64,000 nt of DNA, from positions 53,233 to 117,232 of the forward strand of contig JANNWY010000214.1 of assembly GCA_031409335.1 (NCBI GenBank), given 5' to 3'. Under the pieces are notes generated by a model that made no database searches, was not told the origin of the DNA, and worked only from the letters and a program-made list of their open reading frames with translations. Source of the DNA: Chthoniobacteraceae bacterium. Lineage in GTDB: Bacteria; Verrucomicrobiota; Verrucomicrobiia; Chthoniobacterales; Chthoniobacteraceae. How positions within the stretch are numbered: the stretch's first letter is position 1; every line of letters starts with the position of its first letter. Shown in pieces: positions 48,930-58,308 of the stretch. Both the position numbers and the translations under genes were made by a program.

Positions 48930-51900
48930 ATGAAAACCATCCAGCCCAGCACCACCGCAACGCGCCGCAGCAAAACCGCCCGCATCCTCGCCGGCTCCAT
49001 CGCCGCCCTCTTCGCCGTGCAGGCGGCGCACGCCGCCAATGGCACTTGGAATGGGATCACCAACGACCTTTGGTCTGAAAGCACCAACTGGAGTCCCAAT
49101 ACCGTGCCCGGCACGACCAATACCGCCACCTTCAACGCGCCTAGCATCAATACAACTCTGGATCTCGATACCGGCGTCACCATCGGCAGCGTCCTCTTCG
49201 ACACCGGCAGCGCCCCCTACATCATCGGCAACTTCGGGCCCAATGGCCAGACCCTCGTCCTCGATTCCTCCGGCGCGGTCACGGTGAACGCCGGGGTGAC
49301 GGCAAGCCAGTTGTTCAATGCCACCCTCGTCCTGGACACCGCCTTCACCGTGACTAATAACAGCGCCGCGTCGCTGACTTTTGCCGGAGACATCACGGAG
49401 GGTAGCAACGGCGTGAACACCGTGACCTTCACCGGCGCAGGGACGGCCAACGTGACCAACGTGACCGGGGTCTTCTCCGACGGGGCCGGCATGGTGGCGC
49501 TCAGCAAGACGGGCGCGGGCAGGCTGACAATCTCCAGCCCCGATCCCAATAATCCCACTCCCAATACCTACACCGGCGGCACGACGGTGAGCGCTGGCAC
49601 GCTCATCCTCGGCAAAAAGAAAGGGTTTGGCACGGGCCCGGTGACGCTGGCCGGCGGCGTGAATTTCCGCACGGCTAGTTTCGAGGGCAATCAAGTGGGC
49701 ACACCAGGAGATGTGTTCGGAGCCTTGCCTAACGACTTCATTCTCAGCGGCGGCAAAGTGAACGTGGATGTCTCCTTCGGAAACAAGGACATCTGGCTCA
49801 ACACCGCGGTCTCCGGCCCCGGAGGTTTCTTGCTCACCGGCAGCGGGCGAGCCCAAGGTCTGACCCTTTCGGGGGCCAAGACTTTTGAGGGCGGCGTGAC
49901 CCTCGGCACGGTCGGATCTGGCGACACCACCAATGTCAGTATTGACCACGTCGCCTCGCTGGGCATCGGGATACTGCGCTCGGAACTCCAGTCAACAAAC
50001 ACCACCGATGGCGGGTTGAGGCTGAACGCCGACCTGTCCGCCGGCGTGACTAACAACATCGTCATCGCCTCGGGGGCGCGCATCATTGTGAATCATGTTA
50101 CCAGTGAGCCCGCCACGCTCTCCGGCATCATTTCGGACGAAGGCACGGGCGGCGGATTGATCAAACAGGGCGGGAGCACGCTGACCCTCTCCGGGGCCAA
50201 TACCTTCAAAGGCAGCACCCAAGTCTTCAGCGGCATCCTCGCCTTGGGCCACACCAGCGCCTTGGGCCGCAGCACGCTGAACTACAACAACCAGGGCGGC
50301 ACCCTGAGCTATGGCACCCTTACCGCCGCCACGCTCGGCGGTCTTACCGGGGCGCAGGACCTCGCTCTGTCCAATGACTCGCCGCTGGCCGTGGCCCTGT
50401 CCGTGGGCAATAACAATGCGAACACCACCTATGCCGGCACCTTCACCGACGGGGCCGCAGTCGGCGGCAGCCTGACCAAGGTCGGCAACGGCACGCTCAC
50501 CCTCAGCAGCGCTGCCGCGCTCAGTCAGAACGGGGCGACAAATGTCAACGCTGGCACCCTTCTCCTGACCGACGCCGCCGCCAGCGTCCCTGCTTCCGCG
50601 GTCATCGTCAACAGCGGGGGGACACTCGGCGTCAATACGAACGTCCTGAACTTGAACAACACCCTCACCTTGAACAACCCCCTCACCTTCAACGGAACCA
50701 GCGCCTTCCAAGTGCAGACGGGGGACATTGCCACGGGTAGTGCGGTGGTCACCGGCGACCTCGCCGTCAACGGCACGCCGACGCTCCGGCTGGCCAGCAA
50801 CGGCACGACGCCGACCGCGGGCACCAAGACCTTCCTGACCTATACCGGCACCCTGACTAACAACGCCGCGTGGACTGTGGATGCCTCGCAACTCAATGCC
50901 AGCGGCAGTCAGGTCTCCAACTGGACCGATGGGAACAGCACATGGGATACGGCGGCCAACTGGAGCCAGCAAGGGTGGGGTGGAACGGTCATCTATGACA
51001 ACCCCAACAAGCAGGTGCAGCTCACGGGTTTCGCCGTTGGAAATATCGCGCCATTTGCCACGACTCTCGCGACCATCGCCCCCGGCAATGCGGCGGCGGT
51101 GACCGGCCCGGCGGCGGCGGCGAGCGTGGCTTCCTTGACCGTCGGGAACGGCGGTGCCAATGCCCACTCGCTGACCCTTCAGGCCACCGGTCCTTTGACC
51201 GTGAGCGGCGCGCTTACGGTCAATGGAAACGGCACGGTGAACGCCAGTGCGGCGGCCCTTTCGTCCGGCACGCTGAATATGAGCGGCGGCAGTGTGACCC
51301 TTGGCGCGGGCTCCACGGCCGGCGTCGTCAACCTGACCAGCGGCACCCTTGCGGCGACCGCGGGCAACGAACTGGCCGTCAGCAGCAAGCTCGAGAAGGG
51401 GACGACCACGATTACCGCCGGAACCAGCGCCTTCAAGGTGGGTGGGAGTAACTTGGTCAGCAGCATCGACAAGCTCATGGTCCAGGGCGGCACCACGAAG
51501 GTGGTGAACGCGACTTATGGGGCCATCTCGGTGACGGATACGGGAACAGTGTGGTCAACCAACAACGGCACCGCGATCAGCAACCCGTTCACCGTAAGTC
51601 CGTCAGCCAATGTGCTGGTCGTGAATGTGAATTGGCGCGCGAGTAACATCAATGCCAGCACTCTACCTCCAGTGCTTACCTATAACGGGGTGGCGCTGAC
51701 TCAAGCCGCCAATGCCTACGATACTGGCGGCGGCAACTGGGCCAACGCGGCCGTCTATTATATTTACAATCCGACTACGGGTGCCAACCCGCTGGCGTTA
51801 AGCTTCCCTCAGGGTGGCATTATAGATTACGCTGTCGATGCCTTTACCCTTGGCGGGGCTGATACCGCGTATCATCCGGAGACGAGCGGTGGCACTGCGG

Positions 51901-52949
51901 GAATCCTACCCCTTACCTCTCAGCCAACCACCAGCCTGACGCTGAACAATATCCCTGTGCATGGCGTGGCGTCGTCCTCGGTGGTTTACCGCACGACCAA
52001 CGGCCTTCCCACTTCCCTTGTCGGCACTGTTTCCAGCGGCAGCTTCGGAGCACTCGTTACCAGCGGTCCGGGCGGCGGCACCGGTCTCCAGTGGAAAGCC
52101 AATGCTCCTGCTGGTTTTACCATTGTCGGTGCCGGTGTGCTTGTCACAGACATCACTTCCTCGAGCTTGACGACCACTGTCACGGCCGACCGGAACAGCG
52201 CCCGCTTCGGCCTGGCATCCGTCGCCTTTGCACCGACCTCGACTTTGCTCGCGATCAACCAACCCACGACGGCGGTGAACGTGACCGCGGCCAGCACCCT
52301 GGACCTCGGCGCAGCGCCCTCGGTCACGCTGGGCAGCCTGACGATAGAATCGGGCAGCTCGCTGACGCTGGCGAACGCGCCCAGCGTGACTTTCAGCAAC
52401 ATCGTGGCGAACGGCACCTCGCAAATCACGGCCGGCATCCCCATCACGCTCAGCGGCGGCAGCGTGAATGTGGCGACCGGTGCGACGCTGACGGTGGGGA
52501 ACGCCCTCACTGCGGGAACCCTCACCAAGCAGGGTGATGGCACGCTGAATTTCGGTGTCGCCGCTCCGCTGACCGGCGTGGGCAACCTGGCCTCCACCGC
52601 GGGGACGACCAACGTGAACACCGCCCTGGGCAGCGGCAGTGCGGCGGTGACCTTGACCGGCGCGAGCACCGTAAAATTTGGCAGCGTGAGCCAGACGCTC
52701 AGTTCGCTGACGATCGGGGCCGGCTCGACCGTGATCCTCACCGACGGGATCGCTTCCTTCAGTGGGGAAGCGGGAGGGGAAGCCCCGAGCTTCGGCGCCT
52801 CCTTCAGTGGGGAAGCGGGCGGCGAAGCCCCGAGCTTCGGCGACTTCGCCCCGAGCTTCGGCGACTCCGCCGCGGTGCCTGAACCGGGCACGATCGGACT
52901 GCTACTCGTCGGCGCGCTCGGCATCCTGAACCGCCGCCGGAAGGCTTGA
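48930..52949 (+). CDS. PEP-CTERM surface protein with autotransporter-associated beta-strand repeats
   Basis: Same signal peptide family (MKTIQPS...RILAGSIAAL); ends VPEPGTIGLLLVGALGILNRRRKA. Confidence 0.92.
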   Translation: MKTIQPSTTATRRSKTARILAGSIAALFAVQAAHAANGTWNGITNDLWSESTNWSPNTVPGTTNTATFNAPSINTTLDLDTGVTIGSVLFDTGSAPYIIGNFGPNGQTLVLDSSGAVTVNAGVTASQLFNATLVLDTAFTVTNNSAASLTFAGDITEGSNGVNTVTFTGAGTANVTNVTGVFSDGAGMVALSKTGAGRLTISSPDPNNPTPNTYTGGTTVSAGTLILGKKKGFGTGPVTLAGGVNFRTASFEGNQVGTPGDVFGALPNDFILSGGKVNVDVSFGNKDIWLNTAVSGPGGFLLTGSGRAQGLTLSGAKTFEGGVTLGTVGSGDTTNVSIDHVASLGIGILRSELQSTNTTDGGLRLNADLSAGVTNNIVIASGARIIVNHVTSEPATLSGIISDEGTGGGLIKQGGSTLTLSGANTFKGSTQVFSGILALGHTSALGRSTLNYNNQGGTLSYGTLTAATLGGLTGAQDLALSNDSPLAVALSVGNNNANTTYAGTFTDGAAVGGSLTKVGNGTLTLSSAAALSQNGATNVNAGTLLLTDAAASVPASAVIVNSGGTLGVNTNVLNLNNTLTLNNPLTFNGTSAFQVQTGDIATGSAVVTGDLAVNGTPTLRLASNGTTPTAGTKTFLTYTGTLTNNAAWTVDASQLNASGSQVSNWTDGNSTWDTAANWSQQGWGGTVIYDNPNKQVQLTGFAVGNIAPFATTLATIAPGNAAAVTGPAAAASVASLTVGNGGANAHSLTLQATGPLTVSGALTVNGNGTVNASAAALSSGTLNMSGGSVTLGAGSTAGVVNLTSGTLAATAGNELAVSSKLEKGTTTITAGTSAFKVGGSNLVSSIDKLMVQGGTTKVVNATYGAISVTDTGTVWSTNNGTAISNPFTVSPSANVLVVNVNWRASNINASTLPPVLTYNGVALTQAANAYDTGGGNWANAAVYYIYNPTTGANPLALSFPQGGIIDYAVDAFTLGGADTAYHPETSGGTAGILPLTSQPTTSLTLNNIPVHGVASSSVVYRTTNGLPTSLVGTVSSGSFGALVTSGPGGGTGLQWKANAPAGFTIVGAGVLVTDITSSSLTTTVTADRNSARFGLASVAFAPTSTLLAINQPTTAVNVTAASTLDLGAAPSVTLGSLTIESGSSLTLANAPSVTFSNIVANGTSQITAGIPITLSGGSVNVATGATLTVGNALTAGTLTKQGDGTLNFGVAAPLTGVGNLASTAGTTNVNTALGSGSAAVTLTGASTVKFGSVSQTLSSLTIGAGSTVILTDGIASFSGEAGGEAPSFGASFSGEAGGEAPSFGDFAPSFGDSAAVPEPGTIGLLLVGALGILNRRRKA
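52752..52862 (+). repeat. In-frame tandem duplication (2 x 45 bp plus a 21-bp partial copy)
   Basis: Encodes ASFSGEAGGEAPSFG twice, then DFAPSFG, just before VPEP. Confidence 0.9.
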
Positions 52950-53059
52950 ACAAAGATTTTCCAAGTCCGCCTCGCGGCTGACCTTGGAACATGGCGGCTC
53001 GGAGTTTCGTCATGGTTTCCGGGACGCTTAGCCAGCACCCGTCTGCACCGCTTTTACTT

Positions 53060-53809
53060 CTACCCCGCGCGGAATTGCACCGGGGTCACGCCGACCACGG
53101 CGTGGAAGGCGCGGGTAAAGGCGCTGTGATCGTAGAAGCCGCACTCCAGCGCGATGTCGGCGACGTGGCGGTCGGTTTCGCGGAGGAGGCGCGAGGCGGC
53201 GGCGATGCGCGTTTTTGCGATGAGCTGGATGGGCGTGACGCCAAAGATGCGTTTGATGATGCGGGCAAATCGCGCAGCGGGCAGCTTCGCGATGCGGGCG
53301 AGTTCGGGAGGCGTGAGCGGGTCGGCGTAGCCAGCCTCCAGTCGCGCGAGGGCCGCCGCCACGCCGGGGGGAATATCCTCCGGCGCGACGGGCAGGCGCA
53401 CGTCTTTGGAAATGCCGACGATGCCGGTCACGGTGCCCGCGGCATCGCGCATCGGCAGCTTGGTGGTGAGGCACCAGACCGGCTTGTGCGGCAAATACCA
53501 CTGGAGTTCCAGGCGCTCGATGATGGGGCGTCCGGTGCGCAGCACGTAGGCGTCCTGCTCGGCGGGGATGCGCCCGAAGTCGCCGGGGCAAATGTCGCAC
53601 GGCCGGCGTCCGAGCATTTGCGATTTGTCGCGCAGGCCGTGGCGTTCGAGGAGCGAGTGGTTCACGGCGAGGTAGCAGCCGGCGGCGTCCTTGATGAAAA
53701 AGGCGAGGTCGGGCGTGTGGTCGAAAAGCTGTTCCAGCAGCCGCATGTCCACGCCGGAATCCGCGCCGGATGCGGCGGCGCGGAGGGTGGTGGTTGTGCT
53801 GAGTTTCAT
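53060..53809 (-). CDS. AraC-family regulator with N-terminal PAS domain
   Basis: [14 protein letters not shown] (PAS); [17 protein letters not shown]...GVTPVQFR (AraC HTH). Confidence 0.93.
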   Translation of the reverse strand: MKLSTTTTLRAAASGADSGVDMRLLEQLFDHTPDLAFFIKDAAGCYLAVNHSLLERHGLRDKSQMLGRRPCDICPGDFGRIPAEQDAYVLRTGRPIIERLELQWYLPHKPVWCLTTKLPMRDAAGTVTGIVGISKDVRLPVAPEDIPPGVAAALARLEAGYADPLTPPELARIAKLPAARFARIIKRIFGVTPIQLIAKTRIAAASRLLRETDRHVADIALECGFYDHSAFTRAFHAVVGVTPVQFRAG

Positions 53810-53901
53810 GCGGGCGTGCCTTTCCTTGCCAAGACGGGGAGGAAGCGGGCAGCTATTGTTGGCAGCAAATCCCATCCCGCCAAGCTCCCTTGTCCCTTTG
53901 C
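53810..53901. promoter_or_regulatory. Divergent araC / dehydratase intergenic region; intact copy of the repeated module
   Basis: Contains GGCGTGC-N8-GCCAAGAC (53813-53835), TATTGTT and GCCAAGCTCC, which are conserved in the other copies. Confidence 0.8.
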
Positions 53902-55005
53902 ATGAAAATCACCCGCATCCTCGCCTACCGCGTTGAACTCCCGCTGCACGAAACCACTTACAAATGGTCGGGCGGAAAATCCGTGACCGTCTTTGACAGC
54001 ACCATCGTCCGCGTGGAAACGGACGCGGGCATCGTGGGCTACGGCGAGGTCTGTCCGCTCGGGCCGTTCTACCTGCCCGCTTTCGCGGGGGGCGTGCGGG
54101 CGGGATTGCGCGAGATCGGGCCGAGTCTGCTCGGCGAAGATCCGCGCCAGCTTGCGAAGCTCAACCGCACGATGGACGCCGCGCTCAAAGGCCACGCGTA
54201 CGTGAAGAGCGGAATCGACATCGCGTGCTGGGACATCCTCGGGCAGTTCGCCGGGATGCCTGTGTGCGAACTGCTCGGCGGGCGCTTCGGGGAAAGCGTG
54301 CGGCTTTACCGGGCCATCTCGCAAGAGTCGCCGGAGGAGATGGCCGCAAAGGTCGCGGGCTATCGCGCGGAGGGTTACACGCGCTTTCAACTCAAAGTCG
54401 GCGGCGACCCGGACACGGACATCGCGCGCATTTTCGCCGTGGCGGAAAAGCTCCAGCCCGGCGACCGCCTCGTGGCCGACGCCAACACCGGCTGGGTGCA
54501 GCACGAAGCCGTGCGCGTGGTGAAAGCCGTGCGCGATGTGGATGTGTATATCGAGCAACCGTGCCTCACGTATGAGGAGTGCCTCGCGGTGCGGCGGCAG
54601 TGCGCGCATCCGTTCGTGCTCGATGAAAATGTGGACGGCCTCGACATGCTCCTCCGCGCCAAAGCCGACCTCGCGATGGACGTGGTGAATTTGAAAATCA
54701 GCAAACTCGGCGGTCTGACGAAGATCAAACTGGCGCGCGATTTGTGCGTGAGCATGGGCATCGCGATGACGCTCGAAGATTCGTGGGGCGGCGACATCGC
54801 CACGGCCGCCATCGCGCATCTCGCGCAAAGCACGCCGGAGGAGTTCCGCTTCACCAGCACGGACTTCAACAGTTACGTCACCGTCTCGACGGCGGACGGC
54901 GCACCGCAGCGCGTGAATGGTTTCATGTCCGCGAGCACTGCGCCCGGCCTCGGCATCGCGCCGAAGATGGACGTGCTTGGGAAACCCGTGGTCATCGTCG
55001 AGTAA
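53902..55005 (+). CDS. Enolase-superfamily enzyme, cis-3-hydroxy-L-proline dehydratase / proline-betaine racemase-epimerase-like
   Basis: [43 protein letters not shown] and EDSWGGD match my recollection of this subgroup. Confidence 0.8.
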   Translation: MKITRILAYRVELPLHETTYKWSGGKSVTVFDSTIVRVETDAGIVGYGEVCPLGPFYLPAFAGGVRAGLREIGPSLLGEDPRQLAKLNRTMDAALKGHAYVKSGIDIACWDILGQFAGMPVCELLGGRFGESVRLYRAISQESPEEMAAKVAGYRAEGYTRFQLKVGGDPDTDIARIFAVAEKLQPGDRLVADANTGWVQHEAVRVVKAVRDVDVYIEQPCLTYEECLAVRRQCAHPFVLDENVDGLDMLLRAKADLAMDVVNLKISKLGGLTKIKLARDLCVSMGIAMTLEDSWGGDIATAAIAHLAQSTPEEFRFTSTDFNSYVTVSTADGAPQRVNGFMSASTAPGLGIAPKMDVLGKPVVIVE

Positions 55006-55017
55006 CTCAACGTCTCC

Positions 55018-57234
55018 ATGAAGGTCAGCATCGGCACGCTTGTCGCCACTTTTGTCCTTATCGCTGGCAGCGTTTCAGCTGCAGAAAAGGAAGAAGGCTG
55101 GAATCCCGACACCACCTTCCCGGCGCTCTCGCCCGCGGAGGAGATCAAGACCATCGAAGTGCCGAAGGGCACGAAGCTCGTGTGCATCGCGAGCGAGCCG
55201 ATGGTCGAGGAGCCGGCGAGCTTTGCCTTCGATGGAAACGGCGCGCTCTACGTCTGCGAATGGCGCACTTACATGCAGGACGAGCACGCCACCAAGCAGC
55301 TCGATCCCGTGAGCCGCGTGGTGAAGCTCACGGACACGGACGGCGATGGCATCATGGATAAGCGCACGGTCTTTATTGATAACGTCATCCTCCCGCGAAA
55401 CGTGCTGCCGCTGCACGACCGCGTGCTCGTGAATTTCACGCAGGACTCCACGATTTGGGCTTACTTCGACGACAACAAAGACGGCATCGCCGACCGCCGC
55501 GAGGCCGCGTGGAAGGGTGCGCCGGACAACGGCAACATCGAGCATCAGCAAAGCGGGCTGCTGTGGAATCTCGACAACACCATCTGCACAAACGACCGCC
55601 GCCTCCGCTGGGAAAATGGGAAGCTGCGCGAGATGCGGCACAGCGTCGGGCGCGTGAGCCAGTGGGGCCTCGCGCGCGATGACGATGGACGGCTCGTGTG
55701 CAGTTGGGGCGGCGGCGCGAACCCGGCGCATTCATTCCAACTCCCCGCTGGCTACCCCATCCTCTCGATGAAAGAGCACGCGCCCGACTTCAACAAAGTC
55801 TTCGGCATCTGCCCCGTGTGGGACTTCAGCGACGGCGGCTACGATGTGAAACGGCAGGCGCAGCTCACGAATTTCTCCGCGACGTGCGGGCAGTCGGTCG
55901 TGCGCTCGGCGGCGATGCCGCAGTGGCACGGCAACGCGGTGACGTGCGAGCCGGTCGGGCGCTTCATCCGCATGAGTCGCTTTGAGTGGAAGGACGGCGC
56001 GGGCGTCGCACACAACGCATTTCCCGGCTCGGAATTCATCCGCGGCACCGACGCATATTTCCGCCCCGTGTGGACGGAGAACGGCCCGGACGGCGGGCTC
56101 TACATCGCCGACATGTATCGCGGCATCATCCAGGAAAGTGAGTGGTTCCCCACCGCCGTCACGCCGGAGCTGCGGGCGCATTTCGTGGAAGATTACCGCA
56201 AGAACAAACTCGAGCAGTGGGTCGAGCGATACGAGCGCGTGAAGAAGTGGGGCATGTTGAAAGTCTTCCGCCACGGACGCATCTACCGCCTCCTGCCCGA
56301 CAGCGCGAAACCCGCCGCCGCCCCGCGGATGCTCGACGAAACGCCCGAGCAACTCGTCGCGCATCTCGCCAATGCGAGTGGCTGGTGGCGCGACACCGCG
56401 CAGGCGCTCATCGTCTCGCGCGGCGACAAATCCGCCGTGCCCGCCCTCGTGAAAATGGCCACGTCGCACGAATCGCCGAACGCGCGCATCCACGCGCTGT
56501 GGGCACTGCAAGGTCTCGACGCGCTTTTAAAAGAAACCCTGCTCGCCGCGCTCAAGCACACTCACCCGCGCGTGCGCCGCGCCGCCGTCCAGCTCGCCGA
56601 GCCGCGCCTTTTGCAACGCGCCGCCGAATTTTCCACCACACTCACCACGCTCGCCGCCGACCCCGACGCGCAAGTCGCCACGCAAGTCTTCCTCGCCTTC
56701 CGCGCCGCCGCACAGACCGGTGCCGCGCAAATGCCGCCCGCATTTCTCAACGCAAACCTCCCGCTCATCACGAAACTCATCGAGCGCGACCAGAGCGACA
56801 AAAGCCTCCGCACCCTCGGCGACACCGCGAAGAAAGGCCGCCTCGTCTATGAAACCCTCTGCATCGCCTGCCACGGCCCCGACGCCAACGGCGTCAAAAT
56901 CGACGACAAACTCCTCGCCCCGCAGCTCACCAAATCCGCGTGGTTTTCCAACGGCGGCAACGTCCCCGTCCTCGCCCGCGTGCTGCTCAAAGGGCAGACC
57001 GGCCCGATTGACGGCGTGACCTACGGCGAGGGCCTCATGCCGCCCGTGGAAAACTCCCACACCGACGAACAAATCGCCCAAGTCCTCAGCTACATCGGCG
57101 AACGCTGGCACGGCTGGAAAACCCCCCCCGCCGCCGGCGACATCGCCCGCGTCCGCCAGGAAACCGCCGACCGCAAAACCCCGTGGACGCACGAAGAACT
57201 CAAGGCGCTCGGCAAACAGCAGCCGGGGAAATAA
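55018..57234 (+). CDS. PVC-type beta-propeller / HEAT-repeat / cytochrome c protein
   Basis: Signal peptide; IASEPMV; DTDGDG; GPDGGLYIADMYRGII; RIHALWAL; single CIACH. Confidence 0.85.
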   Translation: MKVSIGTLVATFVLIAGSVSAAEKEEGWNPDTTFPALSPAEEIKTIEVPKGTKLVCIASEPMVEEPASFAFDGNGALYVCEWRTYMQDEHATKQLDPVSRVVKLTDTDGDGIMDKRTVFIDNVILPRNVLPLHDRVLVNFTQDSTIWAYFDDNKDGIADRREAAWKGAPDNGNIEHQQSGLLWNLDNTICTNDRRLRWENGKLREMRHSVGRVSQWGLARDDDGRLVCSWGGGANPAHSFQLPAGYPILSMKEHAPDFNKVFGICPVWDFSDGGYDVKRQAQLTNFSATCGQSVVRSAAMPQWHGNAVTCEPVGRFIRMSRFEWKDGAGVAHNAFPGSEFIRGTDAYFRPVWTENGPDGGLYIADMYRGIIQESEWFPTAVTPELRAHFVEDYRKNKLEQWVERYERVKKWGMLKVFRHGRIYRLLPDSAKPAAAPRMLDETPEQLVAHLANASGWWRDTAQALIVSRGDKSAVPALVKMATSHESPNARIHALWALQGLDALLKETLLAALKHTHPRVRRAAVQLAEPRLLQRAAEFSTTLTTLAADPDAQVATQVFLAFRAAAQTGAAQMPPAFLNANLPLITKLIERDQSDKSLRTLGDTAKKGRLVYETLCIACHGPDANGVKIDDKLLAPQLTKSAWFSNGGNVPVLARVLLKGQTGPIDGVTYGEGLMPPVENSHTDEQIAQVLSYIGERWHGWKTPPAAGDIARVRQETADRKTPWTHEELKALGKQQPGK

Positions 57235-57267
57235 CTGCCATTTAGAAAACCCAACCCAATTCCTAAA

Positions 57268-58191
57268 ATGAAACCCCACTGGACCGGCGTCTTTCCCGCC
57301 ATCACGACACAGATGAACAAGAGCGGCGCGATCGATCTCGACGCGACTGCCCGCCATGCCGAGGTGCTGATCGCATCCGGCGTGAACGGCCTCGTCTTCC
57401 TCGGCTCGCTCGGCGAGAACCAGCCGATGACCGGCGACGAAAAGCGGCTGCTCATCGAGGCCATGGTCAAGGTCGTGAGCGGACGCATCCAGGTGCTGAG
57501 CGGCGTGGCGGAGACCAGCACGGCCGAGGCTGTCCGCTATGTGCGCGATGTCGAGAAGCTCGGGGCCGACGGCGTGATGCTCATGCCTTCGATGCTCTAC
57601 AAAGGTGCGCCCGACGAAACGCTCGCCTTTTTCCGCACCGTCGCCAAGTCCACCGGACTGCCGATCATGATCTATAACAACCCGATCAGCTACGCGAACG
57701 ACATCACCCCGGAGATGTTTGCGAAGCTCGCCGACCAGAAGAACCTCGTCGCGCTCAAGGAAAGTTCGGGCGATCCCCGCCGGATCACCGAACTGCACAA
57801 CACGGTCGGCGGGCGCTACGCCATCTTCACCGGCGTGGACGATCTGGTGATGGAGTCGAGCATCATGGGAATCGACGGCTGGGTCGCCGGCTCGGGCATC
57901 GCATTCCCGGCGGCTAATCAGCACCTTTGGAACCTCATGCGCGCCGGCCGGTGGGACGAGGCGCGCACGCTGTATCGCTGGTTTCAGCCGCTGATGAAAC
58001 TCGATACCAGCACGCGCTTCGTCCAGTACATCAAACTCGCCGTGCAGGAGTGCGGGCTGGGTTCCGAATGGGTCCGCGCGCCGCGCCTCGTGCTCACGGG
58101 CGGGGAGCGGAAAGCAGTCCTGAAAATCATTCACGACGGCATCGCCACGCGCCCGAAACTGCCTCGAGCGAAGTCAAAAGCCAGCGGCTAA
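57268..58191 (+). CDS. DapA-family lyase, likely 1-pyrroline-4-hydroxy-2-carboxylate deaminase-like
   Basis: WTGVFPAITT, LGSLGE, IMIYNNP, LKESS, TGVDDL and VQYIKL motifs; hydroxyproline-like gene context. Confidence 0.82.
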   Translation: MKPHWTGVFPAITTQMNKSGAIDLDATARHAEVLIASGVNGLVFLGSLGENQPMTGDEKRLLIEAMVKVVSGRIQVLSGVAETSTAEAVRYVRDVEKLGADGVMLMPSMLYKGAPDETLAFFRTVAKSTGLPIMIYNNPISYANDITPEMFAKLADQKNLVALKESSGDPRRITELHNTVGGRYAIFTGVDDLVMESSIMGIDGWVAGSGIAFPAANQHLWNLMRAGRWDEARTLYRWFQPLMKLDTSTRFVQYIKLAVQECGLGSEWVRAPRLVLTGGERKAVLKIIHDGIATRPKLPRAKSKASG

Positions 58192-58308
58192 CAATCCAGC
58201 CTGACTCTTCACGGAGCCGCTTGTCTCGTGGCCCGTGCTCCTTTGCCTCGCGTGGATGATTGCGAGTCCCTCGTCCGCAGAGGATGCAGTCGGAAACTCG
58301 AAAACCGA

